From positions 71,565 to 130,606 of the forward strand of contig PEZT01000001.1 of assembly GCA_002773945.1 (NCBI GenBank): DNA of 59,042 bases. Direction: 5' to 3'. The notes under the pieces were generated by a model. The model made no database searches. It was not told the origin of the DNA and was given only the letters and a program-made list of their open reading frames with translations. This DNA is from Candidatus Beckwithbacteria bacterium CG10_big_fil_rev_8_21_14_0_10_34_10. GTDB taxonomy: Bacteria; Patescibacteriota; Microgenomatia; UBA1400. The translations under genes and the position numbers were made by a program. Shown one piece after another: positions 29,426 to 39,329 of this stretch. Numbering within the stretch: position 1 is the first letter of the stretch; each line of letters opens with the position of its first letter.

Positions 29426-29926
29426 TTATTCTGCGGTAACTTTATAACAATTAGTAACGCTACAAGTTAAAGTCCCAGCAGGGCAGGGAATTGCTTCAGT
29501 ATCTGAATCATTTTCCAAACAAGCATAAAGATTAAATCCTTCTCCAATTCCATTAGTATCATCACTCTCATAAAAATAAACCCAGCTTGGGTCCACTCCG
29601 GAAAAAGGGTCTTCTGGCAATTGAGTCATATAAGTGGTAGCTCTGTCTATAAGAGGACCTCCCCAGGTACAACTTCCTCCCACCCAACCTGAACAATCTA
29701 AGTTCCCAACTCCATCATCAGCTGGATATTGTTGATTATCATTATAGTAAATTCTTAGGGCGTTTTTAACTTGGATTAGCTGAGTTTTTCTTTTTGTATC
29801 TCTACCCCTAGACCTAACATCTTGAAAATTAGCTAAAAGCATAGCAGTTAAAACACCCATAATAAAAATGGCCACTAAAAGTTCTAAAAGGGTGAAACCT
29901 TGTTTATTTGTTTGTTCTAATTTCAT
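29426..29926 (-). CDS. Pilin, GspG-like
   Basis: GFTLLELLV, RDTKRK, LPEDP, LYACLEN. Confidence 0.88.
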   Translation of the reverse strand: MKLEQTNKQGFTLLELLVAIFIMGVLTAMLLANFQDVRSRGRDTKRKTQLIQVKNALRIYYNDNQQYPADDGVGNLDCSGWVGGSCTWGGPLIDRATTYMTQLPEDPFSGVDPSWVYFYESDDTNGIGEGFNLYACLENDSDTEAIPCPAGTLTCSVTNCYKVTAE

Positions 29927-29949
29927 ATTTCGTCTTTTTAATTAGTATT

Positions 29950-30750
29950 TTATATCTGGCAACGACAATAAGTCCATTTAGCGTGTTTTCCCGAACACCA
30001 ATAGTTCTGTAATGACATATTAGTGCCACAAGTCGCAGCTAAGTTATATTGACAACTACTATAATATGCTTGATGTTCTCCATTAGTTCCCTCATCAACA
30101 TTGTCTCCAACACTTAAACATGTGCCTCCGGCCGAAGAACAAACATTACTACATGTTTTATACGAGGCAGAATTAAGAATTACTTGAATTGTTGGTGAAG
30201 GACTAGGAGAAGGTGAAGGACTAGGAGAAGGTGAAGGACTAGGAGAAGGTGAAGGCAGAAGTAAATCCTGGTTTGAACTAGAAACAACATAATTACAGCC
30301 AGTTGTTCCACTACAGTTTGCTTCACCGCTAAAATCTCCAATAATCTGAGGATCATTTTCATTTTCTAGTAAAGCATAAAGTTTGTAACTTTGACCTGGA
30401 CCATCAGTGCTTAACTGAGTATAAACATAGGTTAAACCATCTTTAGAATCCTGGGGAACTTCCACCATATAGTTACCAAATGAACTTCCAAAAGAAAGGC
30501 TGGGAGGATAAGTACCATTATCATTATAATATTGTTCTAAAGCATTCTGGATTTGTCTTAAATCAGATTTTCTTAGGGCATCTCTAGCCTTGGCTCTAGT
30601 TTTAGTATAGCTGGTCATACTAATAACAGAAAGGATCCCTAGCACCCCAATTGCCACCAAAAGTTCAATTAAAGTAAAGCCAAATTTTGAGGCAGAAAAC
30701 GAAGTTTTAAAGACTAATCTTTTAAAAAGGGCAGTGGTTTTAAAATTCAT
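29950..30750 (-). CDS. Pilin with (SP)n linker and Cys-rich C-terminal domain
   Basis: GFTLIELLV, ARDALRKSDL, PSPS run, 8 Cys in the last ~70 aa. Confidence 0.85.
   Translation of the reverse strand: MNFKTTALFKRLVFKTSFSASKFGFTLIELLVAIGVLGILSVISMTSYTKTRAKARDALRKSDLRQIQNALEQYYNDNGTYPPSLSFGSSFGNYMVEVPQDSKDGLTYVYTQLSTDGPGQSYKLYALLENENDPQIIGDFSGEANCSGTTGCNYVVSSSNQDLLLPSPSPSPSPSPSPSPSPSPSPTIQVILNSASYKTCSNVCSSAGGTCLSVGDNVDEGTNGEHQAYYSSCQYNLAATCGTNMSLQNYWCSGKHAKWTYCRCQI
30194..30255. repeat. Perfect 18-bp tandem repeat, about 3.4 copies
   Basis: GGTGAAGGACTAGGAGAA at 30194, 30212 and 30230, partial copy at 30248; encodes the SP linker. Confidence 0.95.
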
Positions 30751-30761
30751 TGTCTTTATTT

Positions 30762-31625
30762 TTAAAAATAACTAAATCCTAAGTTTTTTATTATCCAATC
30801 TGCTAAAAAAAGAGCAGTTATTGTGCCAGCTATCATAAACGGCCCAAAAGCAATCTTGCTTTTTAGGCTTTTTTCCTTTGTAAGAACCAGTATGACACCC
30901 ACTATTGCCCCTGTCAAGAAAGCAAAAAGCAAAGCCATAATGATCTTTGGATAGCCTAAAATCAGGCCCATTAAAAAAGCCAATTTAATATCGCCTATAC
31001 CCATGCCTTTTCCTTTAGTAATTAAAACTAAACTTAAAAAAAATAAAGTTGCTCCTAAAGCTGAAGAAAAAAGAGAAATATCCAACATCCCAGTAAAGCG
31101 ATAGTCAGAAAAGATTTTTAAAAAACCCAAAATAATTCCTCCAAACACAGCTGAATCAGGAATAATTTGGTATTTAATATCAGCCATAAATATGGCTAAA
31201 AAACAAGCCCCTAAAAGAAGATAGATTCCCAGAGTTAAAAAACTGTAAAAACCTTCAAAACGGGAAAAAAAATTTAAATTGCTTTTTAAAAGAAAGTAAA
31301 TCCAAGTAAACTGAAGACCGGTTAAAAATTCAACTAGGGGATACTGGAAGGGAATTTTCTTATGACAAGACCGACATTTACCTTTTAAAGCTATGTATGA
31401 GAGAAGGGGAATATTATCATACCAACTAAGCTTCTTATGGCAGTGATCACAATATGATCTGCCTTGAGCCCAGGAAGGCAGATGCTGGTTTAAGTTTTTG
31501 AATCTATTTTTTTTAGACTTACTTTTTTTTGTCTTAGAAGCTTCTTCATGAGACTCCCGGTAAATCAAAACATTTAAAAAACTACCAATACAAAGACCTA
31601 AAATAAAAAGAATAAAATATATCAT
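30762..31625 (-). CDS. pilD: Prepilin peptidase
   Basis: GSFLNVLIYR, RSYCDHC, NIPLLSY, GKCRSC, GMGIGDIKL, IAFGPF. Confidence 0.95.
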   Translation of the reverse strand: MIYFILFILGLCIGSFLNVLIYRESHEEASKTKKSKSKKNRFKNLNQHLPSWAQGRSYCDHCHKKLSWYDNIPLLSYIALKGKCRSCHKKIPFQYPLVEFLTGLQFTWIYFLLKSNLNFFSRFEGFYSFLTLGIYLLLGACFLAIFMADIKYQIIPDSAVFGGIILGFLKIFSDYRFTGMLDISLFSSALGATLFFLSLVLITKGKGMGIGDIKLAFLMGLILGYPKIIMALLFAFLTGAIVGVILVLTKEKSLKSKIAFGPFMIAGTITALFLADWIIKNLGFSYF

Positions 31626-31676
31626 AGATTTAATTATAGTTATCTATCTTCCTAGTGACAACTTCCAATTTATAGT

Positions 31677-32582
31677 CTATTTTTTACAAGCTATTAAAAG
31701 TAATACTTCTCCTTTTTTAGAAAAGTAGAGAAAAAGATTAATAAAAAAACAAATTGGAGTAAGAAGAATAAAAAGGAAAAGATGAAAAACTATTGCCGGT
31801 TGAAATTTTTTATCTTGAAGCCAATTGAAAACAAGTTGATCAGTTCTGGTTATTCTACTCACTAAACTCTGAACTGATATAAAAGTAGAATATTCTAAAG
31901 AAAAGGTATGAATTCTTTTAATGTTAAATCCATTATTGGAAATAATTTTTGACAGTGAACTCGGGGTAAAAAAATTTAAGTGATAATCCAAATCCAAACC
32001 CAACCAATATCCTTTTGATATATAACTAGTCCACGAATTAAAATTTGGAACTTCTATAACCAAAAAACCATTTTTATTTAAAAGGAAGTTAATTTTTTTT
32101 AGATAATGCTGGGGGGTTTTAATATGTTCTAGTACATGCCAAAGGCTAACAACATCAAAGGACTTTTTTTTAAAACCAATTTTTAAAAGATCTTTGTTGA
32201 ATATTTTTAGGCCTAGTTTTTTTCTAGCATAGTCTAGTGCCCGTTGATCAAGCTGAGTTCCAACGGTGCCATAATGATAATATTTTTTTAGATAATAGAG
32301 CATCTGTCCTCTACCACAACCAATATCCAGAATTGATTTTGCCCGAGGATAAATAGTAAAGATTTTAAAAGCTCTAAAAAATCTAAATATTTTAATAATA
32401 TCCTCTAAAAAGAATTTAAATCTTCCCTGAGATTCAGTTTTGTAGTAGTTTCGATAAAGAAGTCTGGGATCAAACTTTTTTTTATATTTATTCGAATAAA
32501 TAAGATTGCAACTGCAACACTGAAAAAGACTAGTTTTACCGTATTGGGCAACTTTTGTTTTAAGTTTGTGAGAACAAATCAT
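31677..32582 (-). CDS. Class I SAM-dependent methyltransferase
   Basis: ILDIGCGRG, FDVVSLWHVLEHI, IEVPN. Confidence 0.88.
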   Translation of the reverse strand: MICSHKLKTKVAQYGKTSLFQCCSCNLIYSNKYKKKFDPRLLYRNYYKTESQGRFKFFLEDIIKIFRFFRAFKIFTIYPRAKSILDIGCGRGQMLYYLKKYYHYGTVGTQLDQRALDYARKKLGLKIFNKDLLKIGFKKKSFDVVSLWHVLEHIKTPQHYLKKINFLLNKNGFLVIEVPNFNSWTSYISKGYWLGLDLDYHLNFFTPSSLSKIISNNGFNIKRIHTFSLEYSTFISVQSLVSRITRTDQLVFNWLQDKKFQPAIVFHLFLFILLTPICFFINLFLYFSKKGEVLLLIACKK

Positions 32583-32587
32583 AATTT

Positions 32588-33202
32588 CTATCTCTTTTGA
32601 CCCAGATAAAAAAGTTCCATGGCTAAAACTCTGTTTTTAGAATAGATTTGCTTAAAATATTTATTGGACTGTTTTAAAAGAAGTTTTTCAGTATAACGGG
32701 TTGGGTGAACATCATGAGAATATGTTTTGCAGTTCCCTCCAAAAAATCGGTGCCAGGTGTTTTCTAAAATGAACCAAAGAGGGTTAGCATAGTTTATAGT
32801 ACAAATTAGAATTTTCCCTTTTTGTTTCAAAACTCTAGCCAGTTCCTTAAGAACTCTTTCTGGATTTTTCAAATGTTCAATTGTGTCTAAAAACAAAATT
32901 AAATTAAACTTATTTTTCGGGAAAGGTAAATTCTCCAAATTGGCTTTAATATATTTTCCTTGATAATTCTCTCGACAGTATTTAATAGCTGATTTCTCTT
33001 TATCCACTCCAAAAATAGAATAGTCTTTATCATACCTTCCACTAATATTACCCAAACCACAGCCTGCATCAAGGATATAAAACCCCGACAAACACTGACT
33101 AACCGCTTGATCAACTAAATAATGTTTGGCTTGATGATATAAGTTTCGGGGAAACTTTTCTGTATTTTTTAAATAATCAAAATAATACTGTTTCTTTTTC
33201 AT
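32588..33202 (-). CDS. Class I SAM-dependent methyltransferase
   Basis: ILDAGCGLG, LPF, DTIEHL, ELARVLK. Confidence 0.88.
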   Translation of the reverse strand: MKKKQYYFDYLKNTEKFPRNLYHQAKHYLVDQAVSQCLSGFYILDAGCGLGNISGRYDKDYSIFGVDKEKSAIKYCRENYQGKYIKANLENLPFPKNKFNLILFLDTIEHLKNPERVLKELARVLKQKGKILICTINYANPLWFILENTWHRFFGGNCKTYSHDVHPTRYTEKLLLKQSNKYFKQIYSKNRVLAMELFYLGQKR

Positions 33203-33216
33203 CTTTTTATTTAAAA

Positions 33217-34533
33217 TTATTTCAAGAGTATTTTATTTTCTACTTGGTAAATCTGAATATAAATAGACAGTAGAATTAGGTTTGAGACTAAATAATAATA
33301 ATTCACATAGCCCCACTTATTAAAATAAAAGAAGGCTCCTAAAAAAATAGCTAGCTTTATAATAAAATTATTTTTAAACTCTTTACTTGATTTAGTCAAA
33401 CAAAAGAAAGTTATTATCCAAACTCCTAAAGCTAATATTTTAGAATAAGGAATCTTAGTTAACTGATATGCTGTGGAAAAAAAAGTTAAACCATCATATC
33501 TGGGAGGAGTAACTTCCATAATTAAAAAAGTATCATAAATAAAATCCTTTGGACTAATTAAAAAAAAAGGTCCAACTATAAATAAGGTAGTAATAATAGT
33601 TACTAATAGTTCTTTATTATTAAATAGTCTTTTTTTTAAAAATAAGGCCACCAGAACAAAATATTGTTTAGTCGCTAAACCCATTCCCAAAACAAAAGCC
33701 GCTAATTTCTTTTGTTTAAATAAAAAATATAACAGAAGGGTTAGTTGAAGTAAAATCAGTGGTTCAGTATAAGATTGCTCAGTTAGATAAAGAGCTAAGG
33801 GTTGGAAAAGAATCAGAAGGCCCATTAGGAAGGAAAATTTCCCTCCAAAATCCTTATTTTTCCAGGAAAATTTAAAAGCTATTATAATAAATGTTAGGGC
33901 CTGGGCTAAAACAAAACCAAAGCGAGGATCGTTAAATAGAAAAACAAAAGGAGCACTAAACAAAAACATAAAAGGAAAGTAGGAAAAGAAATTTGGCCTA
34001 ACATTAAAGTACATTTGCTTATAATCAATGCTATAGGGATTTAAGCCATGAAAAAGTGCTTCTGGGGCCCGCTTCAAAATCTCATATACATCAATCCAGG
34101 GCCTAGGAGATGAACTAATCATTAATAAATGAAGGCTTAGCCAAAAAACAAAAAAAATACCGGTCATAACTTTTAAAAACTTTCTCGTGGTGGCTAAAAA
34201 TAAAAAAAAGGACAGAAAAACTAAAATTCGTAATAAAGAATAGCTTATATTCAAAGCAGGTTGAAAGCTTTGATAAAGACCACCATAAAGAAACCAGGTT
34301 AAATTAAGATTTAAAAAAAGACTGACTGAAAGAAGCTGGATAAATCTTTTTCTGGATAGATTTACTTTGACTAAATTTGGTTTAATAAGAAAAACTATCA
34401 GTAAAACAATTGAAGCTAGAAACATTACACTTCCTGATAAAGTAAAAAAACCACGGCTAAAAATAAAGCTAAAAGAAAATAAAAAATACAATCCTAAAAG
34501 GATTGTCATTTTACCAAAAATGTTGGATTTCAT
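33217..34533 (-). CDS. Polytopic membrane protein, GT-C (GT87-like) glycosyltransferase candidate
   Basis: Many TM helices; IDV, GLNPY, FSYFP, DPRF, LATKQY motifs. Confidence 0.6.
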   Translation of the reverse strand: MKSNIFGKMTILLGLYFLFSFSFIFSRGFFTLSGSVMFLASIVLLIVFLIKPNLVKVNLSRKRFIQLLSVSLFLNLNLTWFLYGGLYQSFQPALNISYSLLRILVFLSFFLFLATTRKFLKVMTGIFFVFWLSLHLLMISSSPRPWIDVYEILKRAPEALFHGLNPYSIDYKQMYFNVRPNFFSYFPFMFLFSAPFVFLFNDPRFGFVLAQALTFIIIAFKFSWKNKDFGGKFSFLMGLLILFQPLALYLTEQSYTEPLILLQLTLLLYFLFKQKKLAAFVLGMGLATKQYFVLVALFLKKRLFNNKELLVTIITTLFIVGPFFLISPKDFIYDTFLIMEVTPPRYDGLTFFSTAYQLTKIPYSKILALGVWIITFFCLTKSSKEFKNNFIIKLAIFLGAFFYFNKWGYVNYYYLVSNLILLSIYIQIYQVENKILLK

Positions 34534-34572
34534 AAAAATAAGATAGCATTTTGTTATATAATAAGCAATAAA

Positions 34573-36750
34573 ATGAAAGTAAACTTATTGAGTTTTTTTA
34601 AAGAAAAATGGCCTTATTTATTAATAATAATTTTGGCGTTATTTTTTTTCTCTTCTCTTTTTTTACCCAATCTTAAACTTTTCTATACTCCAGACTTTGG
34701 TCAATCAGACATTTGGAATTTTAACTATCCTCTTAAGGATTTTCTATCTAAAAGCATAAAAAGCGGCCAGTTGCCTTTTTGGAGTAAGAATATTGGTGGG
34801 GGATTTCCTCTCTTAGCTGAAGGTCAAATTGGAGCTTTAAATATTATTAATTTGCTTTTATTTGGTTTTTTTCCTATTCCTTTGGCTTGGAATTTAAGCT
34901 TTGTCTGGATATTTTTCTTTTCTTTTTTGGGCTCTTATTTGTTTTTGAGAAAGCTTCAGTTTAGTAGAATTTCTTCGACATTTGGAGGCATTATTTTTAG
35001 TTTTGGAGGTTTTTTTGTATGTCACCTTAGTCACTTTAACTTAATCCAAGCGTCTTCTTTTTTACCCTGGTTATTTTATTTTTCCTTTAAAATTATTAAT
35101 AACAAAAAAGTGGCTTTAAATATTCTATTCTTTGCTTTTATCCTAGCTCAGCAATTTTTTGCTGGTCACCCTCAAATGACTTTTATTTGCCTTTTAGGAT
35201 TATTTTTTTTCTATTTAATCTATCTTCCTCAAAATTACAAGACAAAGAAAAATCTTTTTAAGAAATTTTTTCTTTTAGGATTGGCAGTTGTTTTTGGTTT
35301 TATTCTTGCAGCTCCTCAATTACTACCAACATTAGAACTATCTAAAATATCTATGAGAAAGGGGGGAATATCAACAAAAACTATTTTTCAGTTTCCTTAT
35401 CCACCACAGCACTTAATTACTTTTCTTATTCCCAATTATTTTGGGACTCCAAAAGAAGGAACTTATCCAGCTTTTAAAAATGGCCAGTGGGGGATTTATT
35501 GGGAAAATACAGCTTACTTAGGAATTCTACCTTTATTATTATTACTATTTTTATTTGTTTCTAAAAAGAATTGGCAGATTAAAAAAACTCTGCTTGGTAT
35601 TTTCTTTATTTCTTTACTTTTAGTTTTAGGTAATGGTTCTCCTTTATATTTTGTCTTTAGTTTTCCTCCGTTTAACTTTTTTAGAGTTCCATCTCGATTC
35701 TTACTTCTAGTAGCCTTCTCCCTTTCAATTATGGCAAGCCAAGGATTAGATAACTTACAAGAATTAGTAAAAAAGAGTAAGAAAATTAAGATTTACCCCC
35801 AGTTTTTAGCTTTAATAATAATAGGGATAGCTATTTTTGATTTATTTAGTTTTGGTATAAATTACCATCCGCTTATCGATAAAGATAAAGCTTTAGCTCC
35901 TCCTCTAATAACCAATTATTTAACTCTTGGTCAAAGGGTGTTTAACCATAGTTCTCAGTTAAAGAGCTGGAATGATGAATTTTTAGAATTTGGGTGGCAA
36001 AATATTGATAATTATTTATTTTTTAAGAACGGCCTTCGGGCAAATCTGAACTTACTTTTTAATATTCCAAATATAGAAGCCTTTTATGGATTACCACCTT
36101 TAAGACAATTTTTATATCAGCAAGGATTAAACCAGAAATTATTAAATGCTGGCGCGGTTAAGTATGTCACTTCTACTAAACTTTTAGAAGGTGATTACCA
36201 TTTAAACCTATTAAAAACAATTGAAACAACTAAAAAAAAGTCGGCTAAATATTATCTTTATGAAAATCCCGAAGCTTTAGAAAGATTTAGATTTGCCAAT
36301 AAATATCTCATTGTTTCATCCTTAAATGGCTTTTTTAACCTTATTAAAAAAGAAGATTTTTCTTTTCAAAACTCAGTTATTTTAGAAAAAGATCCTAATA
36401 TTAAATTAGAAAGCAATGGGAATTCTTTATCCCAACTAGAACTTCTTGAAGATAAGGATCAAAAAATTAGCTTAAAAATCTATACTAATGAGGATTTAAT
36501 CTTGGTTATAGCTGATAGTTTTTATCCCGGCTGGGAAGCAAAGATAGATGGTCAGAAAACTGAAATCATGCCGGCTAATTTAAATCAAAGAGCGATAATT
36601 ATTCCCAAAGGTGAACACTTAATAGAAATGAATTATTTTCCAAAATCTTTTTATCTGGGTTTATTGATGAGTTTAACTTCTTTAATATTATTCCTACTTA
36701 TTTATTTAAAATTCTGTTCCTCAAAATCTTTTAAGTCTGAAAGCTCATAA
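34573..36750 (+). CDS. YfhO-family membrane protein (GT-C)
   Basis: LPFW..GGFPLLA, AGHPQ, FRVPSRF, DSFYPGWEAKIDG, IPKGEH. Confidence 0.85.
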   Translation: MKVNLLSFFKEKWPYLLIIILALFFFSSLFLPNLKLFYTPDFGQSDIWNFNYPLKDFLSKSIKSGQLPFWSKNIGGGFPLLAEGQIGALNIINLLLFGFFPIPLAWNLSFVWIFFFSFLGSYLFLRKLQFSRISSTFGGIIFSFGGFFVCHLSHFNLIQASSFLPWLFYFSFKIINNKKVALNILFFAFILAQQFFAGHPQMTFICLLGLFFFYLIYLPQNYKTKKNLFKKFFLLGLAVVFGFILAAPQLLPTLELSKISMRKGGISTKTIFQFPYPPQHLITFLIPNYFGTPKEGTYPAFKNGQWGIYWENTAYLGILPLLLLLFLFVSKKNWQIKKTLLGIFFISLLLVLGNGSPLYFVFSFPPFNFFRVPSRFLLLVAFSLSIMASQGLDNLQELVKKSKKIKIYPQFLALIIIGIAIFDLFSFGINYHPLIDKDKALAPPLITNYLTLGQRVFNHSSQLKSWNDEFLEFGWQNIDNYLFFKNGLRANLNLLFNIPNIEAFYGLPPLRQFLYQQGLNQKLLNAGAVKYVTSTKLLEGDYHLNLLKTIETTKKKSAKYYLYENPEALERFRFANKYLIVSSLNGFFNLIKKEDFSFQNSVILEKDPNIKLESNGNSLSQLELLEDKDQKISLKIYTNEDLILVIADSFYPGWEAKIDGQKTEIMPANLNQRAIIIPKGEHLIEMNYFPKSFYLGLLMSLTSLILFLLIYLKFCSSKSFKSESS

Positions 36751-38726
36751 TCATCCTGTTTCTTAAGATCCAAGCATTTATTTTCAAATTTCTTTGCTTC
36801 CTCTTCATCACCAAAACAATCTAGGGCTGTTTTTCTAAGATAACCTAAGGCAGTGGCATTTTTATCATTAAGCTCTACTACCTTAGTAAAATAGGCCTTG
36901 GCTTCATTACACTCCATTTTCTTTAAATGAATTGCTCCTAAACCAATTAAAACATCTTGATTATTAGGATCTTTTTCTTCATTCTTGGTAAATATTTCCT
37001 GGGCTTCATTTAAATAGTCATTTAAAAGTAAATAGCTGGCAAAATCCAGCTCTCTGTCTTGATAAACTCTTAATATATCAGCCAAGAATAGGTTTTTATA
37101 CTTTCCCAAGCTGCCGCTTAAAGGATCATTAAAACCAGCCCAGATTTTTGTGTTCATTTTAATAATTTCCTTTTTTTCTGGCTGTTTTTCTTTGGGTAAA
37201 TACTGCCAGGCCAAACCATAAGGCAGCCAGTTTTTTTCAGGTTCAAATATATGGGCATCAGAAAAAACCAGGTAATTGGCTTCATTGCCTTTAATAAATT
37301 CTTCTAAAGCTATCTTATAATCTAGGGTTTCTGGTAATACTAAATCAGGGAAGTGTTTGTTTAACAGCTTTTGATAATAATTTAAGGGAAGGTGAGGATA
37401 ATCTACCACAATTACATCCTGTCTGTAATTTAAAACATAACGAACATAGTTAGAATTAAAAACAGTTGTATCCGAAGAAACTAAAATAATACTATTTTCT
37501 GGCAAAGGTCTTAAAAGGTCTTCAACCATTTTTTCGGCACTTAAATCATTTTTTAAAATTGATATTTTTTTAAAATTAGATATTAAAAATGATAGGGGAA
37601 TAATAAAAAGAATTATTTTAATTCCTATTGTTAGAACTTCTTTACTAGGTTTACTTAAGGAAAACTTTTTAGCTAATGTTTGGCTTGCTTCAAAAACATC
37701 TTCAACTCCAAAACCAAAACAAAAAGCTAGAAAAAGATAAGGAAAAATTAGAAATCTTTCAAAAGTACCCACCATAAAGTCATTAACTAAAACAAAGCTA
37801 GCATAAAAAATAAAGAAGAGAGATAGAAAAAGAGTTATTATTAAAAACCTGAATAATTCTTTATACTTTTTAAAAGCCGCGTATAGACCTGATAGAATAA
37901 GAAGAATTCCAGGAAAAGTGAAATCTTTATAAATCATTTTAAGGCCGGATAAAAAAGAATAAACTCTTAATATGGGCGCATTGCCAAGCTGGGAATTTGA
38001 CTTAAAAATACCATAATCAGCCCTGGTTATTAAACGAATAAAGTTTTTAATATTGGTCGGATCATCCCAACAAACTAAAGGGCTTTTCTGACAAGCCAAA
38101 GGAGGATAAAGATAAAAAAGCGAGCCTAATAAAAAGAAAAGTCCAAATTTTAGGAAATCTTTTTTTCGAAATTTAAATTCTTTTTTATGTTTTTTCTGCC
38201 ACCATAAAATAAAAAAAGCGGGTAAAAGCAAAACAACCGTATGGTGATGGGAAAAACTTAAACCAAGGACTAAAAAGAATAGCGAAAAAGACTTGGAAAA
38301 AAATAAATAAGTTAAAAGAATGACAAATAGATTATTTAAAGCAAATACCTCGGCTACTTCTGAATAAAGCCAAAACGGATAAATAAAAGCTAAGGTTAAA
38401 GTGGCAATTAAAGAACTTAGTTTGTTTTTAGTGAATTTTTTTAAAAGCAGATAGAAAAAACTTAAGGTTAAAGCTGAAGAAATTGAGGAAATTAAACCTA
38501 CTCGCCAGGCTGGGGTATTAATAGGAATCAAATGAACTAATATACCTGATAAAAGAGTATATAGGGGGTAACCTGGGGCATGAGGTGATCCCCAAAGCCA
38601 GGCGGCGGTGACAAAATCGCCGCTATCACCACCATAAATGCTTTTTAATTGGAAAAAAATATAAAATAAAACAAACAAGAGAAAAAGGAGACCTGCCTCT
38701 CCTTTTTTCTTCAATACCTTACACAT
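36702..38726 (-). CDS. DUF2723/TMEM260-like GT-C protein with C-terminal TPR
   Basis: GDSGDF, HAPGYPLY, AEVFAL, SHHHT, W.DP; TPR-like DPNNQDVLIGLG. Confidence 0.82.
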   Translation of the reverse strand: MCKVLKKKGEAGLLFLLFVLFYIFFQLKSIYGGDSGDFVTAAWLWGSPHAPGYPLYTLLSGILVHLIPINTPAWRVGLISSISSALTLSFFYLLLKKFTKNKLSSLIATLTLAFIYPFWLYSEVAEVFALNNLFVILLTYLFFSKSFSLFFLVLGLSFSHHHTVVLLLPAFFILWWQKKHKKEFKFRKKDFLKFGLFFLLGSLFYLYPPLACQKSPLVCWDDPTNIKNFIRLITRADYGIFKSNSQLGNAPILRVYSFLSGLKMIYKDFTFPGILLILSGLYAAFKKYKELFRFLIITLFLSLFFIFYASFVLVNDFMVGTFERFLIFPYLFLAFCFGFGVEDVFEASQTLAKKFSLSKPSKEVLTIGIKIILFIIPLSFLISNFKKISILKNDLSAEKMVEDLLRPLPENSIILVSSDTTVFNSNYVRYVLNYRQDVIVVDYPHLPLNYYQKLLNKHFPDLVLPETLDYKIALEEFIKGNEANYLVFSDAHIFEPEKNWLPYGLAWQYLPKEKQPEKKEIIKMNTKIWAGFNDPLSGSLGKYKNLFLADILRVYQDRELDFASYLLLNDYLNEAQEIFTKNEEKDPNNQDVLIGLGAIHLKKMECNEAKAYFTKVVELNDKNATALGYLRKTALDCFGDEEEAKKFENKCLDLKKQDDYELSDLKDFEEQNFK

Positions 38727-38752
38727 TAAAAAGTTAACTTTCTAATAAATTT

Positions 38753-39262
38753 TTATTTCACGCACCAATAACAAGTAACTGAACTATAATCATTTGTCGG
38801 ACAACTGGCAGCATTCACAACTCCCGCGTTTGTGTACTTACTATTATCATCTCCTTTTATGGATTTAGATTCGGGCGCAAAACAAACAGCAATATCATCC
38901 ATGTTATCTGATAAATCGGGGTTAGTAGATGTTATCCAAACTTTATTTAGTTTGCTTGTATCATCAGTAAATATAGCTTTAAGTTCACCAGCATCAATTA
39001 AATCCTGAACATAGGTCCCAGTAATATCTAATAGGGTTGTTGATGTTACCGCATTAACTGTCCAGGGAAACTCCTCTTGAATAGCATAATACCTTAAAGC
39101 GGCGTTATAAAAATCTTCAACTGCATTCCTGGTGGAGGTGTCTCTGGCTTTTCTCATCTGCTCCAGGGGGTCTAGGGCGGCAATTAAACCAATGGCTAAA
39201 ATACCCAAGATCCCAATTACAATTAAAAGTTCAATTAAGGTGAAACCTCTTTTAATTTTCAT
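38753..39262 (-). CDS. Probable major type IV pilin
   Basis: RGFTLIELLIVI, DPLEQ; very strong SD AAGGGGGTGA; directly after pilC. Confidence 0.85.
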   Translation of the reverse strand: MKIKRGFTLIELLIVIGILGILAIGLIAALDPLEQMRKARDTSTRNAVEDFYNAALRYYAIQEEFPWTVNAVTSTTLLDITGTYVQDLIDAGELKAIFTDDTSKLNKVWITSTNPDLSDNMDDIAVCFAPESKSIKGDDNSKYTNAGVVNAASCPTNDYSSVTCYWCVK

Positions 39263-39329
39263 TTTTTCACCCCCTTTCTGGCAGGCTTTTGTTTGCCTCT
39301 AAAAAAATTCTTTAATAAATATTATGTTT

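Noticed and set aside
30194-30255. CRISPR-like repeat
   Set aside because: Contiguous coding tandem repeat with no spacers and no cas genes
26139-30750. Pilin diversification by DGR or shufflon
   Set aside because: No reverse transcriptase, template/variable repeat pair, invertase or repeated recombination sites seen; pilin arrays are normal in CPR
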